Source: Laetmonice hystrix (lineage: Eukaryota). From it: DNA of 64,000 nucleotides. Shown here piece by piece: positions 37,850 to 52,200 of this stretch. Positions within the stretch are counted from its first letter, which is position 1; every line of letters starts with the position of its first letter. The notes below the pieces were generated by a model. The model saw only the letters and a list, made by a program, of their open reading frames with translations. It did not search any database and was not told the origin of the DNA. The DNA is taken from NCBI GenBank assembly GCA_965235115.1, contig OZ249437.1, positions 27,404,001-27,468,000 of the forward strand, given 5' to 3'. The translations under genes were made by a program, and so were the position numbers.

Positions 37850-40400
37850 CAAAGCCAGTAAATAACAGGTGTTAATGATCTTAGAGTCTTCCTAGTACCA
37901 TAGCGTCGGGTTGTGCGTGACAGATCGCAATGTCTGTATTCCCATCCGTGTAGCTTGGAGTAGGTGGATTGTTACGAAGCTCCCATGGCACTATGTTCAG
38001 AGAACTACTATATGGTCATTCATAGGGCTATAGCTTTAAGCCACTGCCATCAAAAAGGATCCATGATTTATTCAGCATTGCTTGGCATTTATTTGAATGT
38101 CCGTATCAAATATAAGCAGACGATTGCGTGTAGTAGGTGGAACACGGTGGAGCAGTCATGCAATGAGACAGTTCCTCCTGCGGTCGTGATGGATGAAACA
38201 GTTATGCCTTAATACGGATTGCAACAAGTGTTAGGAGAAGCTGTTGGGTGAGGTCGTAAAGTTGAATCAGGCTTCATAATGGTGTCAGTCTCAGTCAGGG
38301 TTTCTTAGGGACGATCATGAGGTTCGACATCTCAGGTATCAAATCAAGAGGGAACCCTCTTGACAGGCCGAGTATGACACGAGTCAGGGCGCAGATCAAA
38401 GCAAAGTCGTACGTTTCCATGCCAAACGTTGGGTCATTTTGTACTGGCTGTTCGCATGGGAACAGTGAAGATAAATGTACTGTAGTATATGAGGATTATG
38501 CCATCAGTGCTGGCGCTGACATATCGGTGGGGGAGGGGAGGGGAGGGGGTACCCTGCCCCGTTAATTCTCTACCCCAGCCCACCTTTTGTTACACACACA
38601 ATAACCAGACCGTTTTGGCGCCAATAGCAAACCGTCAGAGTTGGATAAAATGGTACGGCCTCTATAGTAGGTCACAGTTGACATGTTTTATTGATACTGA
38701 CGGTTACATGATTTATACATGTGAGAGGGAAAATCTGGAGAGGATACAGGATACACATGTTCTGAGAGGGAAAATCTGGAGAGGATACAGTATTAGTTTT
38801 CAGCAGTTCAAAGCTAAACCACAGGTCCTTCTATTGTTTACCAGTGCAACGTCATAAGGAGAGTTTTTGGCAAGGCTAAATACCCGTTGACTTGCTACGA
38901 TGACCGCTCAGCTGACATTGTGCAGGCAATATGCCGTTGAAGCTTTCCTATGCATAGAATATGATATAATGGGTCGCTAATGCTGGAGTGACTCGACTTA
39001 TTTTCGAATCCAATAATCAGTCGTGAACTGAATAGGAGTGTGCGCACCTTGACCTGTAGATTATACCGAGCTCCGAATATGAGAACATAAATGCCAGTTG
39101 CCAGCATGCCCGAGTATTGCCAGTGGCCAGTATTACGGCTCAAGTATTAATCTCCATTCCATGCTGTGTATAACACGCGCCTGTGGACTGACAGTGTTAC
39201 GTAATGGAATCCGTGTCCCAGTGCTGGAGGAGTGTACAGTTACTGGGTTTGTCGAGTCCTTGCCTGATTTCAGGGCCAGCCCGTCATTATCCGGCACCGT
39301 TTGATGAGAGAACTCCACGCCTCATGTCTTCCGTTTGACCAGCAACGCCTAGATTTCATCACACAAATGCAATTTGCGAAACGAGGAAATTCAATTGCCT
39401 GCTCATTCAGCATTGAGGTGTAGGGCGAGGAGGTTGAGTCGACAGCAGAGGGGCGGGGCCAGGCAATCCTAGCCGCCTCCCTGAGTCCTTGAACGGCTCA
39501 GGAACCACCAAACAGAGGAACACACAGAAATGGACTCTAAATTTGTTACTAGATTAGGTGGTTCTTCTCTTAGCGGTTCTTTTCCCCAGTGACCTAGAAA
39601 GATAGAAGAGGCACTTGGTAGGCGAGGCACTTTGCCAATTGGAGATGGGGTTGCACCACTTGTAGGTTTTCTTCGTTTCTTGACTGATGGTTGTAATCTG
39701 TTGACATGGGACCTTCAACTGGCACACTGAGTACCATCGGATATTGCATTAGTCGTCTTCCATCTGTTCCGAAGGTCACCAGCCAAGGATCTCCTCCCCC
39801 GAGAATTAAATCTAGATCAATAGTAGGATAAGCTGGGCAGGCCTCGGCCCGCCGAACAGTCGGCTAACGCAATAAGGACATTGACCGACTGTGTCCAAAC
39901 GGGCACTTGTTCGGGTGAGGTTTCTTATTCAGGCGTTGGCTGGCAATATGAGCTATATTTACCCGGGCAGAGTGAGCTCCTCGTCCGGTACCAGGGCCAG
40001 CATTGGAGGGCGGAAAGTGTAATACAATGTCGCCATTCACCACGAAGGAAAACGTAATTCTCCAAGGGAAGGCTGCAGATTGTGGGGCTCGAACTGCCAC
40101 CTGAACTTCGTCCCGTGTTAAATAGGAGTTGTGATGGAAACGTTGTCGGTTTGGATTGGAAACGGCGGCCGACAGCTGCGTGAAACACGTGGTACGGCCA
40201 GGCTGTGTTTACATGGAAAACATGATGATAATGGGCATTATCATCGCTACTTTTTAATGGGGGGAGGGGGGGGGGGGGCTCTAGGGGAGGAGTTTTGGGT
40301 GTGTACCCCATGGGATGGGGTGGAAATGGAGGGGGTGGATTCATCGCCCGGTCCGGTGGGATGACTGCCAGGGGGTAGAAGTGATGCTGTCATGACCTAC
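37850..40400 (-). mobile_element. Degenerate CR1-like LINE ORF2
   Basis: Minus strand: VNGDIV ~ GDFN (~40035), YPTIDLDLIL ~ PTR..LDL (~39815), *RPIIS ~ NYRPIS (~38970), LRPHPTAS..NPY ~ VRPHLEYA..WNPY (~38240), YSSSLNIVPWEL ~ YxxSFFPxTIxxWN (~38000). Confidence 0.5.
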
Positions 40401-40560
40401 ATGTAATACCCTACCCCCTCAGTGGCCGACCCGCTGCTGATGATGGGAATAACGTGCCGATAATGACCAGCACCTCCACTACAGAACGACATCGGTACTG
40501 ACAACCTGAAAGGATATCCGTCTGTCATGTACCATGTCCTGAACGATCACCGGTTTGAAA

Positions 40561-40867
40561 CCGGTGTCGCGGTCAGTTTTCTCCGCCGGTCTGCAATCGT
40601 CGGGTGCATGGTTTCCTATTGTTTAGAGGACGAACCTGACGAAGTGAGCACGCGCGTGTCGTAGTTTGGGCTCACATCTCCGGTCGTCTGCTAGCTGATG
40701 GGCGGTGGAGTTTTGTTCCAGTAATAAACGACAGCCTGGATAGGCAAATTGAGGACCAAAACTGACGGAGAAAATGGTAGTTTAACGCGAACTTTGCAAA
40801 TACACACGACTCTGCAGCCAACCTCCCGGAGATTTCAGACCGCGGAGAAAACAGACCGCGACACCGG
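40561..40867. mobile_element. MITE, 307 bp, ~37-bp terminal inverted repeats
   Basis: Left CCGGTGTCGCGGTCAGTTTTCTCCGCCGGTCTGCAATC; the right end reverse-complemented is CCGGTGTCGCGGTCTGTTTTCTCCGCGGTCTGAAATC. No clear TSD. Confidence 0.8.
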
Positions 40868-41499
40868 CGCTCCGTGTAGTGTGGCTTGGTGCGAGTAGTC
40901 TATGGAAAGTGGCATTTGGAGCAGGTCTTCTAACCGCGGCAGTCACGGAATGCTGAACACCGCGGATTGGATTAACAACGTTTTAAGTTAAACCTGTAAA
41001 CCGCGAAATGGTGAAGATGAATTCTTGTTGCATCATTCACCAGAGTGGTAGATGTACTTAACAGACAATGATTATTGAGAGAGGCATGGTTATTGTTGGG
41101 CCACAGTCATGTTCATAATGTCGCGATGTTTTCTTAGGTTCCATAATGTTGCGATGTTTTTTTCAACTATACTAATAACAAAGTCAGTGCCTAATCGGAT
41201 GGTGTGTATTTCACATACTTCAGTTATGACTAAACGCTTGGCATAATTTGCTTTAAGTTTCACTTTAACACTGCGTAACAACTCATAAGTAGAAGAAAAA
41301 GTGTTTCTTTCACGCAATTTCCATAACTCTTATTAAGGGTTGAAATTACCAGGTTTCCGTCATGCTGTCAGTGCGTGTCAGATGTAGACCTGTGGTTAAA
41401 TGCAATGGTTGCAAAAAGTATTGCAATTCACTTAAATGCAGTGTGTATCTTTTATTTAACCACTTCCATGCTTTGTTGGAAATGTAGGCAAAAGAGAGC

Positions 41500-42500
41500 T
41501 GGCATTGAAATCTAGACGGTGTATTTGTGGCATGACGGCTGGTCTAGTAGCGGAGGGTTATGCTAACATGAGTTTGCACTTTTCCCGGCCTTTGTATCAA
41601 GTTGGCGCCAGTAGATTCAGGAGCGTGCACTTACCACAGCACATGTAGTCGGTAAGGCGAGCTGGTCATTTTGTAGCGCCATGCTATCCATGGACAACAT
41701 GGAATATTGCTCTTGGCTGTTGTTAACGAGATAGCGGGTATCACGAGCAAAGCCTCTCTTCCTTACGAAGGAGCGGGAGAAAGATTTGGTGAGGGATGGA
41801 CTGACGGCGCCGGTTGTCGTGGAGAGCAGGTTGTTTTGACATGGTTCGTAACATGAAATACCATTGTAAGATTTGGTGGAAGTTGGGAATATTGTAACGT
41901 TTTGGTTATAAAATATATGTTTCCATTGTTTGAGAGGGGTCGGGCGGAGATGTCATAGGGAGCACTTACGCTGTTTGATTGGGTTGGTGGCATTGTATGT
42001 AGTGATCAGGGAAAGGCTCCCTAGCACCAGTGAGGGAGGGTGAGGGCGATTTAAGGTGTAACATGCAATATTGTCATGCACTGAACCGTTAGGATTATCT
42101 TCATTGAGAGACCGTGGATGGAAGCTCAGCCAGTGTGAGGTGTTGTTGACATGCTCGTATTGATCATGGACATGCTGTTATTGATCATAGTCAATAACCG
42201 TCCTGGGGGCAGTCAGGGCAAGACCAGGGCAGACTGCCTTCGAGCCGCCAGAGAACCCACCACCAACGTAACGTGTCACATGCGCCATGTTGACATGAAG
42301 GTGGTTGTGGGGATTTTTTCATCGAGTCTTTATTTCCCTACCCTTCAACTGGGTCATGTCAATAATGGACAAAATCAATTTAGCAGGCGTTACATTGAGA
42401 CTGACCTACAATTTTTGATTTGACAGCTGCAGGCCAAAAAGAATAGAAATGGTCAATAATGGGTGTGACCGACGAATGTGCTGCTTCGTAAAGTCATCGG
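41500..42500 (-). mobile_element. LINE RT relic (L2-like)
   Basis: Minus strand: SAPYDISA ~ LYADD (~41955), PNLTMVF ~ NxxKTKxMVF (~41865). Confidence 0.3.
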
Positions 42501-42699
42501 GAGTTTTTTTTTTGGTATGGGCACTTGTATCTAGGGAATGTGTACGTAGGCATAACGATATTGATACATCGCCCAGTGTAGCTCCATGCATGTACTAAAA
42601 TGGAACCTTATATCTGATATAGAATTGGTGTGGATACGGGATGCCAGGCAGCCCTGTGTGGGGAGTTATTTCTGGTGGTAAAAATGTGTAAATACGACG

Positions 42700-45600
42700 G
42701 ACACAATTGAAGCAGTTGACTGTTGACTAGCTTGAGGCCATTTTTACTATGCATCGAACGGGAGGCGGTATTTGGCCGACATTGTTGGGATTAACATTGT
42801 AGTGAAGACACCCGTGGGGGGTGTGGGTGTAGACCGCCCCCGGCCTGCCCGGCCACCGCCCATGATGGCAGGAACACTACGGCTAGTGTCGTGGATACAT
42901 TCACGAACACCATCACCAAACAACACTGACAGCTGAGCAAGCCCGCTCTGTTTCTCTATCTGTACCCTGACATGGTGCTGACAGAATGTAAACGGCCGGT
43001 GGTGTGGCATGTTACACTAGTCCCCACTACCGACATATGTACATTTCTCTGGGATTTGTTTGTTTGTTGTCCCCCTCCACCGTCAGGTGCCCCTGTCGTC
43101 CAAATGCACCCACCCACCACCACCAGCTGCCTTTCAGCTGTTGTGCCTAATCTTCCAGGATGACTGTAGGCAAAAGAATCGCACATTCATACAATATTTT
43201 TTTAGCATCACAACGATATTGCAGTCTATGCAGTAGTACAATATGCACGATAACGCGACATGCTATTAATGTCCTGCAATATTCGTGTTGTAGTAGGACA
43301 GAGGGTCATTACATTCGACATTTTCAATGTCAAGGGAATGACAGTTCCGTCATCATTAGTTAACCTATCATGTTGGTAAAATGGCAATTAATTTTGTGTA
43401 TATTTTTCTTGGAATATAACGTGAGGACTGTAATTGTGGTGATTCGTAGCATATGTACGTCTAAAAACGAACCCAACGCGGCATTGAGGGTTATAGGAAT
43501 GCACCTAGGAATAACTGATTTCTTTCTTTGGGGTTTTCTCTTTTTTTGGAGGGGGGGGGATGTGATTTCCTGATGGAATTTTTCATCACCCTCCAACCAA
43601 GCATGTATGCAAGGATGAAAACGGAGAATGTTTTCCTGAATAAATCATCATGATTGATGGTACAATATTCACAGTGAGCGGTCGCGTCTAATTTAGAATC
43701 CGTCCTTTCTAAAATGTCGCATCATATAACATTAATCCAATAATTTCTGTACACGGCTTCAGTAATTATCTCCCACAGGATATTAAACAAAGAAAACGAA
43801 GATGAAACGTGACAAATATCAGTCGGAACCTTGCCACAAGCAAGGAGGAATTCATTACCAAGCTTTGAAATATCAGTTTAAGACTGTAATACCGAGTCTG
43901 TTGAGCCATTTCAAGATAATTGTCTTGTTTATAATTTGTGTAAGCTCAGTGGTGATGAAGGTGGCAAGCGCCGTTTTCATTAGGAACTAAAATAAGCACA
44001 GTGAGGATACATGGCTGCCATAATGGGTTTATAATGCATTCAGCAGTGTCTCGGCCGTCTGACACGGTAATCTTTTTATGAGGGAATTAACCAGGAAATG
44101 GTGGCGTGACGCAGGAGCCGGTTTCTGAGAGCTTTCTGGTGTGGCATCTGGTGTCTTGGAGGAAAACAGGGGTGGGGGTGGGGGGTAGAGCTTGGTGGAC
44201 CGGCCAGGCACACTTAATACCTTGATGGAAAAGTTCCCCGTGGGAAATTCTCGCACTGTCCCAGCTTCGAGCGCTCTTGTCGAGAAATTTATGCCTCTTG
44301 TATGTGAAGTGCAGGCGGTGTCGCAAATCTGCACCTTGATTGGTCTATCTAGGGCAACTGGCATGAGGCATGAGCAAACTGGTCCATGGAGGCGGACTGG
44401 CTTGGGCGGAATAGCTCATCAGGATGATCTGATCGTGGAAGACTGTTTAATAGTTAGTCCTTGCCAGGCCATAAAAAAAGAGTTAGATCTCTTTATTAAA
44501 AAATCGATGGGACGATGTTTCTTAAAGGTGAACCTTAAGTAAGAGCATTCTAAACAAACGTTAGGGGTGGATCAGTCTTTAAGTTTCTGATGTTTCTCTG
44601 GGAAGTCTACCTGTATTTAGAAAGAAAATTGGCATTCTAGAACATCAGGAAAGCAAACATTGGTAGACTGAAGATATTTACACTTTGATGAGACTAATTG
44701 TAAGTGAATGCCATATGAGCTCTGACTGACTTAATAATCTGTGACTGACTTAATAATTGTGGACTGACTTAATACTTGTGACTGACTTGTAATCTGTGAC
44801 TGACTTGTGATCTGTGACTGACTTGTGATCTGTGACTGACTTGTAATCTGTGACTGACTTGTGATCTGTGACTGACTTGTGATCTGTGACTGACTTGTGA
44901 TCTGTGACTGACTTGTAATCTGTGACTGACTTGTAATCTGTGACTGACTTGTAATATGTGACTGACTTGTAATCTGTGACTGACTTGTAATCTGTGACTG
45001 ACTTGTGATCTGTGACTGACTTGTGATCTGTGACTGACTTGTAATCTGTGACTGACTTGTAATCTGTGACTGACTTGTAATCTGTGACTGACTTGTAATC
45101 GGTGACTGACTTGTAATCTGTGACTGACTTAATAGTTGTGACTGACTAGTGATCTGTGGTTTGGTTTGTGTTATTTCAGGTGAGTGTTGACGACCGTCGC
45201 CGGTCCTATCGGTGAAGGCGGGAAGGTATGTTACGATTGGTCTGACCTAAACCTAGGGCTGTCTAACCTGAGAACAATCTCTAACAGCCCTCTGTAGAGA
45301 CAAGGAAAGGTGTGTTATGGAATGTACAGATCAAAGGGCGGAGGTTTAAGTTGTATAGTGGGTGAATCGGGTGAGTGTGTAAGATGACAATGGGCGTGGC
45401 TCCTGTAGTGGAGGGCGTGGCCAGCAGGTAAACTGGTTACCGTTTACCTGAGATTAGCTGCAGTTACCTGAGGATTGTGAGCCTCAGGTTATTGACAAAG
45501 GGCGCGGGATGGGCAGGTCTGCACTGTCTGCACGCTACTGTAACGTCCCCACTCACCCCAACACCCGCTAATTAGATTGCTCCGTGACGTTCCAGAGGAA

Positions 45601-46000
45601 GGCTGGAGGTCAGTGCAGTTAGAGTTCATTCAAAAGGGAGCGTGAAGGGAATGAGGGTACCTGTTAAATGGCGCGTAGCTGCGGTGTGGGTTGCTCAGGA
45701 ATAAGGAATTCCACTGTCTGGTTTAAAGAGGTCCACAGTGCTTCATTTAAAAAGATATAAAAGTGCGCGTTGACAATGATATGCTCAGAATTGCTCACAT
45801 CACCGGGTAGTCGGCCATGCGACTTTTTATTTAATGGTGGAATTTCATTCTGAAATCTTTCCTGGCTGGCCTTCCCTGTTCCAGGAAATGGGTTCCATCC
45901 TTTAATCTCAAAATCACAGTAAAATAAAATGGTGATGTCAAAATCGCATGGACGTTGCAAGGACAATCGCCTTACTGGATCAGGCCTTTCAGGGGCACCC
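42700..46000 (+). mobile_element. Degenerate Ty3/Gypsy gag-pol relic, split by an 18-bp array
   Basis: In order: CCSRTEGHYIRHFQC ~ CCHC knuckle (~43290), MIDGT ~ LIDTG (~43655), LVDRPGTLN ~ CVDYRKLN (~44195), KFMPL ~ MPFGL (~44290), IAHQDDLIV ~ YLDDII (~44420), VRVDND ~ VRTDH (~45770). No LTRs recognised. Confidence 0.55.
44723..45157. repeat. Tandem array, 18-bp unit (TGACTGACTTGT(A/G)ATCTG), ~24 copies
   Basis: Directly visible. Confidence 0.97.
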
Positions 46001-46460
46001 ACCCCCTTCCTCGTTTAAGCGGTTATTTAATTACAGGGCCAAGTCTGAGGTAGACATTTTCAGACTGCGGCTGAGCCGAGGCGGAACCATTCGGTGCCTG
46101 CGGATTTGGTACCTCAAGCCGTTCTGCCAATGAACGGACTTCAAACCTGTGCGGTCACATCACAGCGCTCAGACTAAACCTCATTGGGCTCGGGTTATTT
46201 ATTGGATTTAATTGAACTGAGCTCTGATGATGGGTCGTTGGAAGGCGGAAAGCCAGGAGGCCAATCATGCGGTCAGGTTACTCCCACAGTGGTTGTCAAT
46301 TTGTCAATTGGATTGTTCTGTTGACGTCGGTGGACTGGTCAAAAGGAACTGAATAAAAGGGGATTTAAGAAGAAAATGTCGAAATAAAATCAGATTGGCA
46401 ATTAGTTTTTTTGCAAGTATCTATACCTAGATAAATTATTCCCACTAATTGGACTTGGGT

Positions 46461-47300
46461 GAAGGCTAGGAATGAAGGCTAGGATGAAGGCTAGGATGAG
46501 GGATCGTTCACAGACACCAGGACAATGATGGGTATGGCTGGTGTTGTGTGAAGGTTAGGATGAGGGATCGTTCACAGACACCGGGCCAATGATGGGTATG
46601 GCTGGTGTTCTATGAAGGCTACGATGAGGGATCGTTCACAGACACCGAGCCAATGATGGGTATGGCTGGTGTTCTATGAAGGTTAGGATGAGGGATCGTT
46701 CACAGACACCGGGCCAATGATGGGTATGGCTGGTGTTCTATGAAGGTTAGGATGAGGGATCGTTCACAGACACCGGGCCAATGATGGGTATGGCTGGTGT
46801 TCTGTGAAGGTTAGGATGAGGGATCGTTCACAGACACCGGGCCAATGATGGGTATGGCTGGTGTTCTGTGAAGGTTAGGATGAGGGATCGTTCACAGACA
46901 CCGGGCCAGTGATGGGTATGGCTGGTGTTCTATGAAGGCTACGATGAGGGATCGTTCACAGACACCAGGCCAGTGATGGGTATGGCTGGTGTTCTATGAA
47001 GGCTACGATGAGGGATCGTTCACAGACACCGGTCCAGTGATGGGTATGGCTGGTGTTCTATGAAGGCTACGATGAGGGATCGTTCACAGACACCAGGCCA
47101 GTGATGGGTATGGCTGGTGTTCTATGAAGGTTAGGATGAGGGATCGTTCACAGACACCGGGCCAATGATGGGTATGGCTGGTGTTCTATGAAGGCTAGGA
47201 TGAGGGATCGTTCACAGACACCAGGCCAGTGATGGGTATGGCTGGTGTTCTATGAGGGCTAGGATGAGGGATCGTTCACAGACACCGGGCCAATGATGGG
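46461..47300. repeat. Tandem array, 64-bp unit, ~12.7 copies, preceded by three short GAAGGCTAGGAT subrepeats
   Basis: TGAGGGATCG recurs at 46561, 46625 and onward. Confidence 0.97.
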
Positions 47301-47329
47301 CCAGGCGTGTGTGTGTGTGGTGAGCCATT

Positions 47330-49200
47330 GATCAACAGCGCCGTGTCTTGGACCTGATGAGACACTGGCTGCCATGGAATTGTGCCCATAACACGCCTTT
47401 GGTAGCAAGGTCTGGGGCTGGCCGGCCTTGGTGGGTATCCGTGCCAGAGATTGGACATTGACCATGGCATGGTGGCAGTACCGTCCACGTGTTTGATGTA
47501 GGCCAGAGCTGGAGCTATCTGCAGGGGTTGGACCTAGGTAAAGGGGTTTGTCTGTCCAATGGGTAGTTGGGGGAGGTGTCAACACATGTGGTACCGGAGA
47601 CCGTGGCCCGGGTTGGGGGCAAACCCATTGAGAAAGTCACGGCCAGGAGAGACAAGTTGGGTTCGAACCCATTGAGAATGTCACGGCCAGGAGAGACTTT
47701 GGCCCAGGTTGGGTTCAAACCCGTGTTGAGAGTCACGGCCAGGAGAGACTGACACGTGTTGAGGTGCACAGCAGTGTGGTCGACTTTCTGGGCAAGGTCA
47801 GACTGGAGTGTCTCTTCATTTCTTAATGTAGGCAAACGTATCTAATGACTGACATTATAACCTTGATGTCCTGGATCACTAGTGTACTGGGATTGCAGCC
47901 GTTCATAGACTGTCTGTTTAATAAGGTATATAAGGCCATCCTTGACGGCACTTTGTTAGGTACCCGTAACTGGGGCAGCCCTACATCTTATCATGCCTCG
48001 ATACTTGCCAGTACACTCCCAATATTACTGTTGGTGTAAGAGAACGCACAGGGTGCCCTGTTTTAGAGTTAAGATGGGGAGAGGTGTTGGTCTTTAATCT
48101 GTTTAGTCAGCCCTAGGTAGTGAGCGGCGGAGTATAAATATGTGAAATGTCTACCTTTGTCAGTGTTGGGGTGTACTTATGGTATAGGTTTGAGCATCAG
48201 ATTCAGCATCTCCTGATAAGACAGTCACAGCCCTTGCTAAGAATGGAGAAGATCACTCATTGTACTCATTGTACTCATTATAATCATGTAGGACTAATGA
48301 CGGGAAATCCTTAAGTCGGTTTGAGATACAGATTGATTCGGATTTACCTCAAGAATTGCCCCCTTTTTTATGAAAAGTCTGCAGATTAATCCAATCACGT
48401 GGGATTGCAAGGATGTCAACAAAAAGTAAACCAAACATGAACTCCATTTCCTCTCCAGTTTGGTTTGAAAGCTGCGAGATCCGCCAAGACTGTTTATCTT
48501 GTGGCGTCTGCTGACAGAAACAAGATTTGTGTTGGTGGCGATGATCCTCATTAGCAGACATGATCACGTGATACAGTGAATGGAGAAGTAATGGGAGATT
48601 ACAGGTAGCGATGTGTAGGGAACCATTAGTGTTGTCGTGATGTCGCAGTCGGTATATTTAGTCAGCATATTGATAGAACAACACACCAGGCGAGTCACGG
48701 CGTGTTCCAGTCGGATAGATCAATTATGGAACAAAGATTGGGTTTCCACAGCTACCAGAAGACTCTGAACCCTTTCAGGGGTTTGTTGTAATCTGTTTAT
48801 GAGCCCCGGATTCTGAGAGGAAGAATGTGGCAAGCCGTTTACTATAATTATCCCGTGATGCTCAAACAGTTATCGTTATTGTGTCAGTAAATATTTTGGA
48901 CAGAATATTTCTCCTAAAATCACCAAATAAACCTGACACGATTATGAAACTCGCGTAGTTTTCAATGAAACGTAGCACACCTGATGCTACATGTCGCCAG
49001 CGCTTTACGCAGCGTCGTGTCAAGTGTAGTATTTACTGTTTAGAGTTGAAGCCCGAGGGAGTTCGGGATGACGTTACGACACCTAGCGGCATCCATCGGT
49101 AACCGGTGCCTGGGCGGGCAGGAAGCTGTGTGAATGACGTCAAGAGATCGGACAGACGCTGCACCTCTGTCGTAGAAGAACCACTCTGTGTGGTTTGTCG
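47330..49200 (-). mobile_element. Degenerate CR1-like LINE RT
   Basis: Minus strand: IPRDWINLQTFHKKGG ~ PxDWKxANVTPIFKKG (~48380), GVPNKV..IQDIKV ~ GVPQG..ADDTK (~47960-47860), ETLQSDL..HLNTCQ ~ LQxDL..FNxxKC (~47790). Confidence 0.65.
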
Positions 49201-49934
49201 GCAGATAAAAAACAAATAGGTTTAGAATGGATAGGTTCCTGACTGTATGAAAAACTAGCCGGGGTGTGGAGCGATGATTGATGCCACTCCCAGACCAGAG
49301 AAGGGCGGGGAGAGATAATTGAGTTGATGATTTGCTCCTTATTTACCTACATTCATATCGGCACGACGTACATCTGGGGTATGGATTTCAAATAAGTAGA
49401 GTAACGGATCTGTCCCCTGGTGCTTCACATCACATAAAAAACGTAATTATAAAAACCAATGTAATCCAGGGAATCGTGTACCAGCCCTGCCCTAACTTAA
49501 CCCCCTACCCACATGGTGAGTAAATGTTATTTTTGAAACGTGTTCATGGTCAGAAAGAGCTGTTTGTCTTTACGTTAGTCTGACATTGACATGTCATCAT
49601 CCTGACGTCACCGTATATAAATAAAAATAAAAATTAGAGGAAATTAATTCAATAATTATATGTAAAACATTGGAGTGGAAGCTCTTTATGGCCGAGGGTT
49701 TGAATGTCTGAGGCCGCAGGGGCGCTTTGAATGTGTATAGGCTGAGTAATTTTTATCTCGGCCGGACAATTATCACCGTCTGTCATGACTGTCTTCCTGC
49801 CCCAGAAAATGGACTGCACCTCCAGCTTACAGTAAAATTCTGGGGGAGTTCCACCACCGTAGGTTGCCGTGGGATTATGTTCTGATCACTTGAAGTGACC
49901 TTGTTGGAGCCAGGGTCGCTGGATGACGAACACA

Positions 49935-50045
49935 CCGGTTCCTCACATATTATGAAGATCTTACTTAAGTTTAGGCTAAACGCTTCTGATTGGCTGGGCT
50001 AATCCTAAACTTAAGTAAGATCTTAAGATTTTAGGAACCGGGCCC
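49935..50045. mobile_element. Small palindromic MITE (~110 bp)
   Basis: CCGGTTCCT..AAGATCTTACTTAAGTTTAGG pairs with CCTAAACTTAAGTAAGATCTT..AGGAACCGG around a ~25-nt loop. Confidence 0.8.
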
Positions 50046-50099
50046 AGGTCCCGGTTTTTAGTGGGGATTAAGATTGGAATTGCACCTCGGTATCACAAA

Positions 50100-52200
50100 G
50101 TTAAATCCTAGTTTCATAGCACGAAAATCACACTATAAGTACGAAAACAAAGCATTGCGATTACTCTGTACCAAATGTCGTGTGGACCCAGTAACAGAGT
50201 GCGGTGTGCCGATCCAGAATACACTGTACAAAGTACACTGTGTTATAGTGCCTTGACTGAGAATTTCGATTCTCCTAACTCGATCCGTTGGCTGAACTGT
50301 AGTGTCTAGAAGCGGTAGAGTTCACCTTATAGTTGTGGCGGCCGTGTTACGTCTATTTGAGGTCGGTTGTGGTACATGTAGATGGAATACAATGCGGTGT
50401 ATCGGAGTCACACTTCATGGATCCCCATAAATTCCCCGGTGGGCCCAGACATAACGAAACCAACCGTCTAGACCGACGGCAGAGAACAAAGCCTGACGGC
50501 GGCGAGTATTTGAAGTCGTACACGCCAGCCATGTGGCCAGACTTGTTTTCGTACTATTGTACGAGTGTTTGCATTGATCCGATTCGTTGCCTAACTTGCT
50601 GCCTCAGAGAGAATTGATTTCTGCCGGGTTATGATCAAGTGATGTTGGCAGCATTGGGTTAAGGGAGTGGGATAAGGCCTGCCATAATGGATCCAGACTA
50701 CTGTCACTCACTTATAGTACAGACTTCAGTGTACATTTATAGATACCACTCGAACACAATGCACTTGGCCCATTGTTTCCTTCACAGTATTCATCCCATC
50801 AGGAGTAACGTTTCAGATGCAAATTGTATCAGGCGGCACTGAACTCAATATTGACAGTTTGATTGAACGAAATGCCTCGGCCCAGCATGGGGATTGAAAG
50901 GGAAGAGCGTTTCCAACGCAGGTTACGAGATTTCTGTCACAATCATTGAAATATACGTGCATTTCTGTTACAGCAAGGGTCCAGTGTTCTAGAGGTGTCA
51001 ATTCCCAAGTAACAACACTGAGATCAAGTCCCTGCCCTGAACACATTGGGTTGGGAGTGTTGCCTTTTTTATGGTGTGAGTTCATTTGGCAGTAAAAGAG
51101 ACTGTATTGGCAGGTTCATGGACAGATTGCATGCGTCTGCCCTCAGGTGTTGAATAGAACCCCCACCCGAGGCTGATTATCAGCGATCCCATAGTCTGTC
51201 TTTATACTGTTGGCCCCCATCAGCTTTCAATATGGGCTGACTGGGCACAACGGGTCATATTCGCATGTTGTTATTCTCCTCTTCCAGAGACTTCCCAAAA
51301 TGCGTTCAATTCTTGGAAGAATAACTCCTTATTTTAAATGGATTTAATGATTTCCGTGGTAGAACCAACAAGCTCTACTGGCACGCCACGCTACCTTTGT
51401 GACACGTCAGTGTGCTTCACATTAACCCAAGGATTATCGATTCAGACAGCAAATGATGTTGATGGCAGGGTGTGAGTTGTTCACAGAGTGACGTCAAATT
51501 TATGTTGTTCACACAGGAAGGCGGTACATATTGTTATGGTAGTCACATTCTGAAACGATTTTTGACATTTATTGCGACGTTACATGTCAGTCGGGTCGTT
51601 CACACCGAGACCTAATACAGTGCCTCTATCTCTCTCTCCCTCTCCCTCTCCCTCCCAAACACTTGTTACTAGAAGATATGATAAATTATCAACATTTTAC
51701 TTCCATCCGAAAGCTCATGAGGAACTCGTTGAGAGGAAGCGAGAAGGAGCACTTAGTGCCAGTACCAGGACCTGTGATGGTATCTCACCTTCCGATTGTG
51801 TCAGACTATTCAAGCCAGTGAACAGTGTGTAGAGGCACATTGATCGAAGGTTAGGTAGGAGTTATAGGTAAGGTGGTGGTGTTTGGTGGCGGGGAGAGGC
51901 TTTCATGTGGTCGTAGTTCTTTCCTTAAGAAATGGCGATCTTTGAGGTGATCAGATCTGTCGTTTCAGTCCTCCTCCCGCACAGGGCGTCAGCCACTGAA
52001 CTGGCGGAATCGATTACCCAAGGTTATCATAAAAAGGAGAGATTAATTAGGTAGGCGTTTAGGATTTATCTTGTTTCCTCGTAATCTGCTGTCAGAGAGT
52101 GAAAAGTTATGGAAATTGATGTCCGAATAAATGGGTTGAGGTGGCAGCACGTGTACGGCATGGCGTCATTAAGTTTGGTGAGGAAGGGGCTGTTACTTGG
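50100..52200 (-). mobile_element. Degenerate CR1-like LINE ORF2
   Basis: Minus strand: LSPPPN ~ YRPPN (~51885), TGPLL / HVYFND ~ LGPLL..YIND (~50960). Confidence 0.4.

Noticed and set aside
45180-45225. 46-nt segment with good acceptor (ttatttcAG) and donor (AAG|GTATGT) as the next MPDZ exon
   Set aside because: It has stops in all three frames, no PDZ similarity, and lies within the Gypsy relic. A non-coding use cannot be excluded.
45392-45421. Two GGGCGTGGC GC-boxes as an internal promoter
   Set aside because: Short motifs inside a TE relic with no other support.
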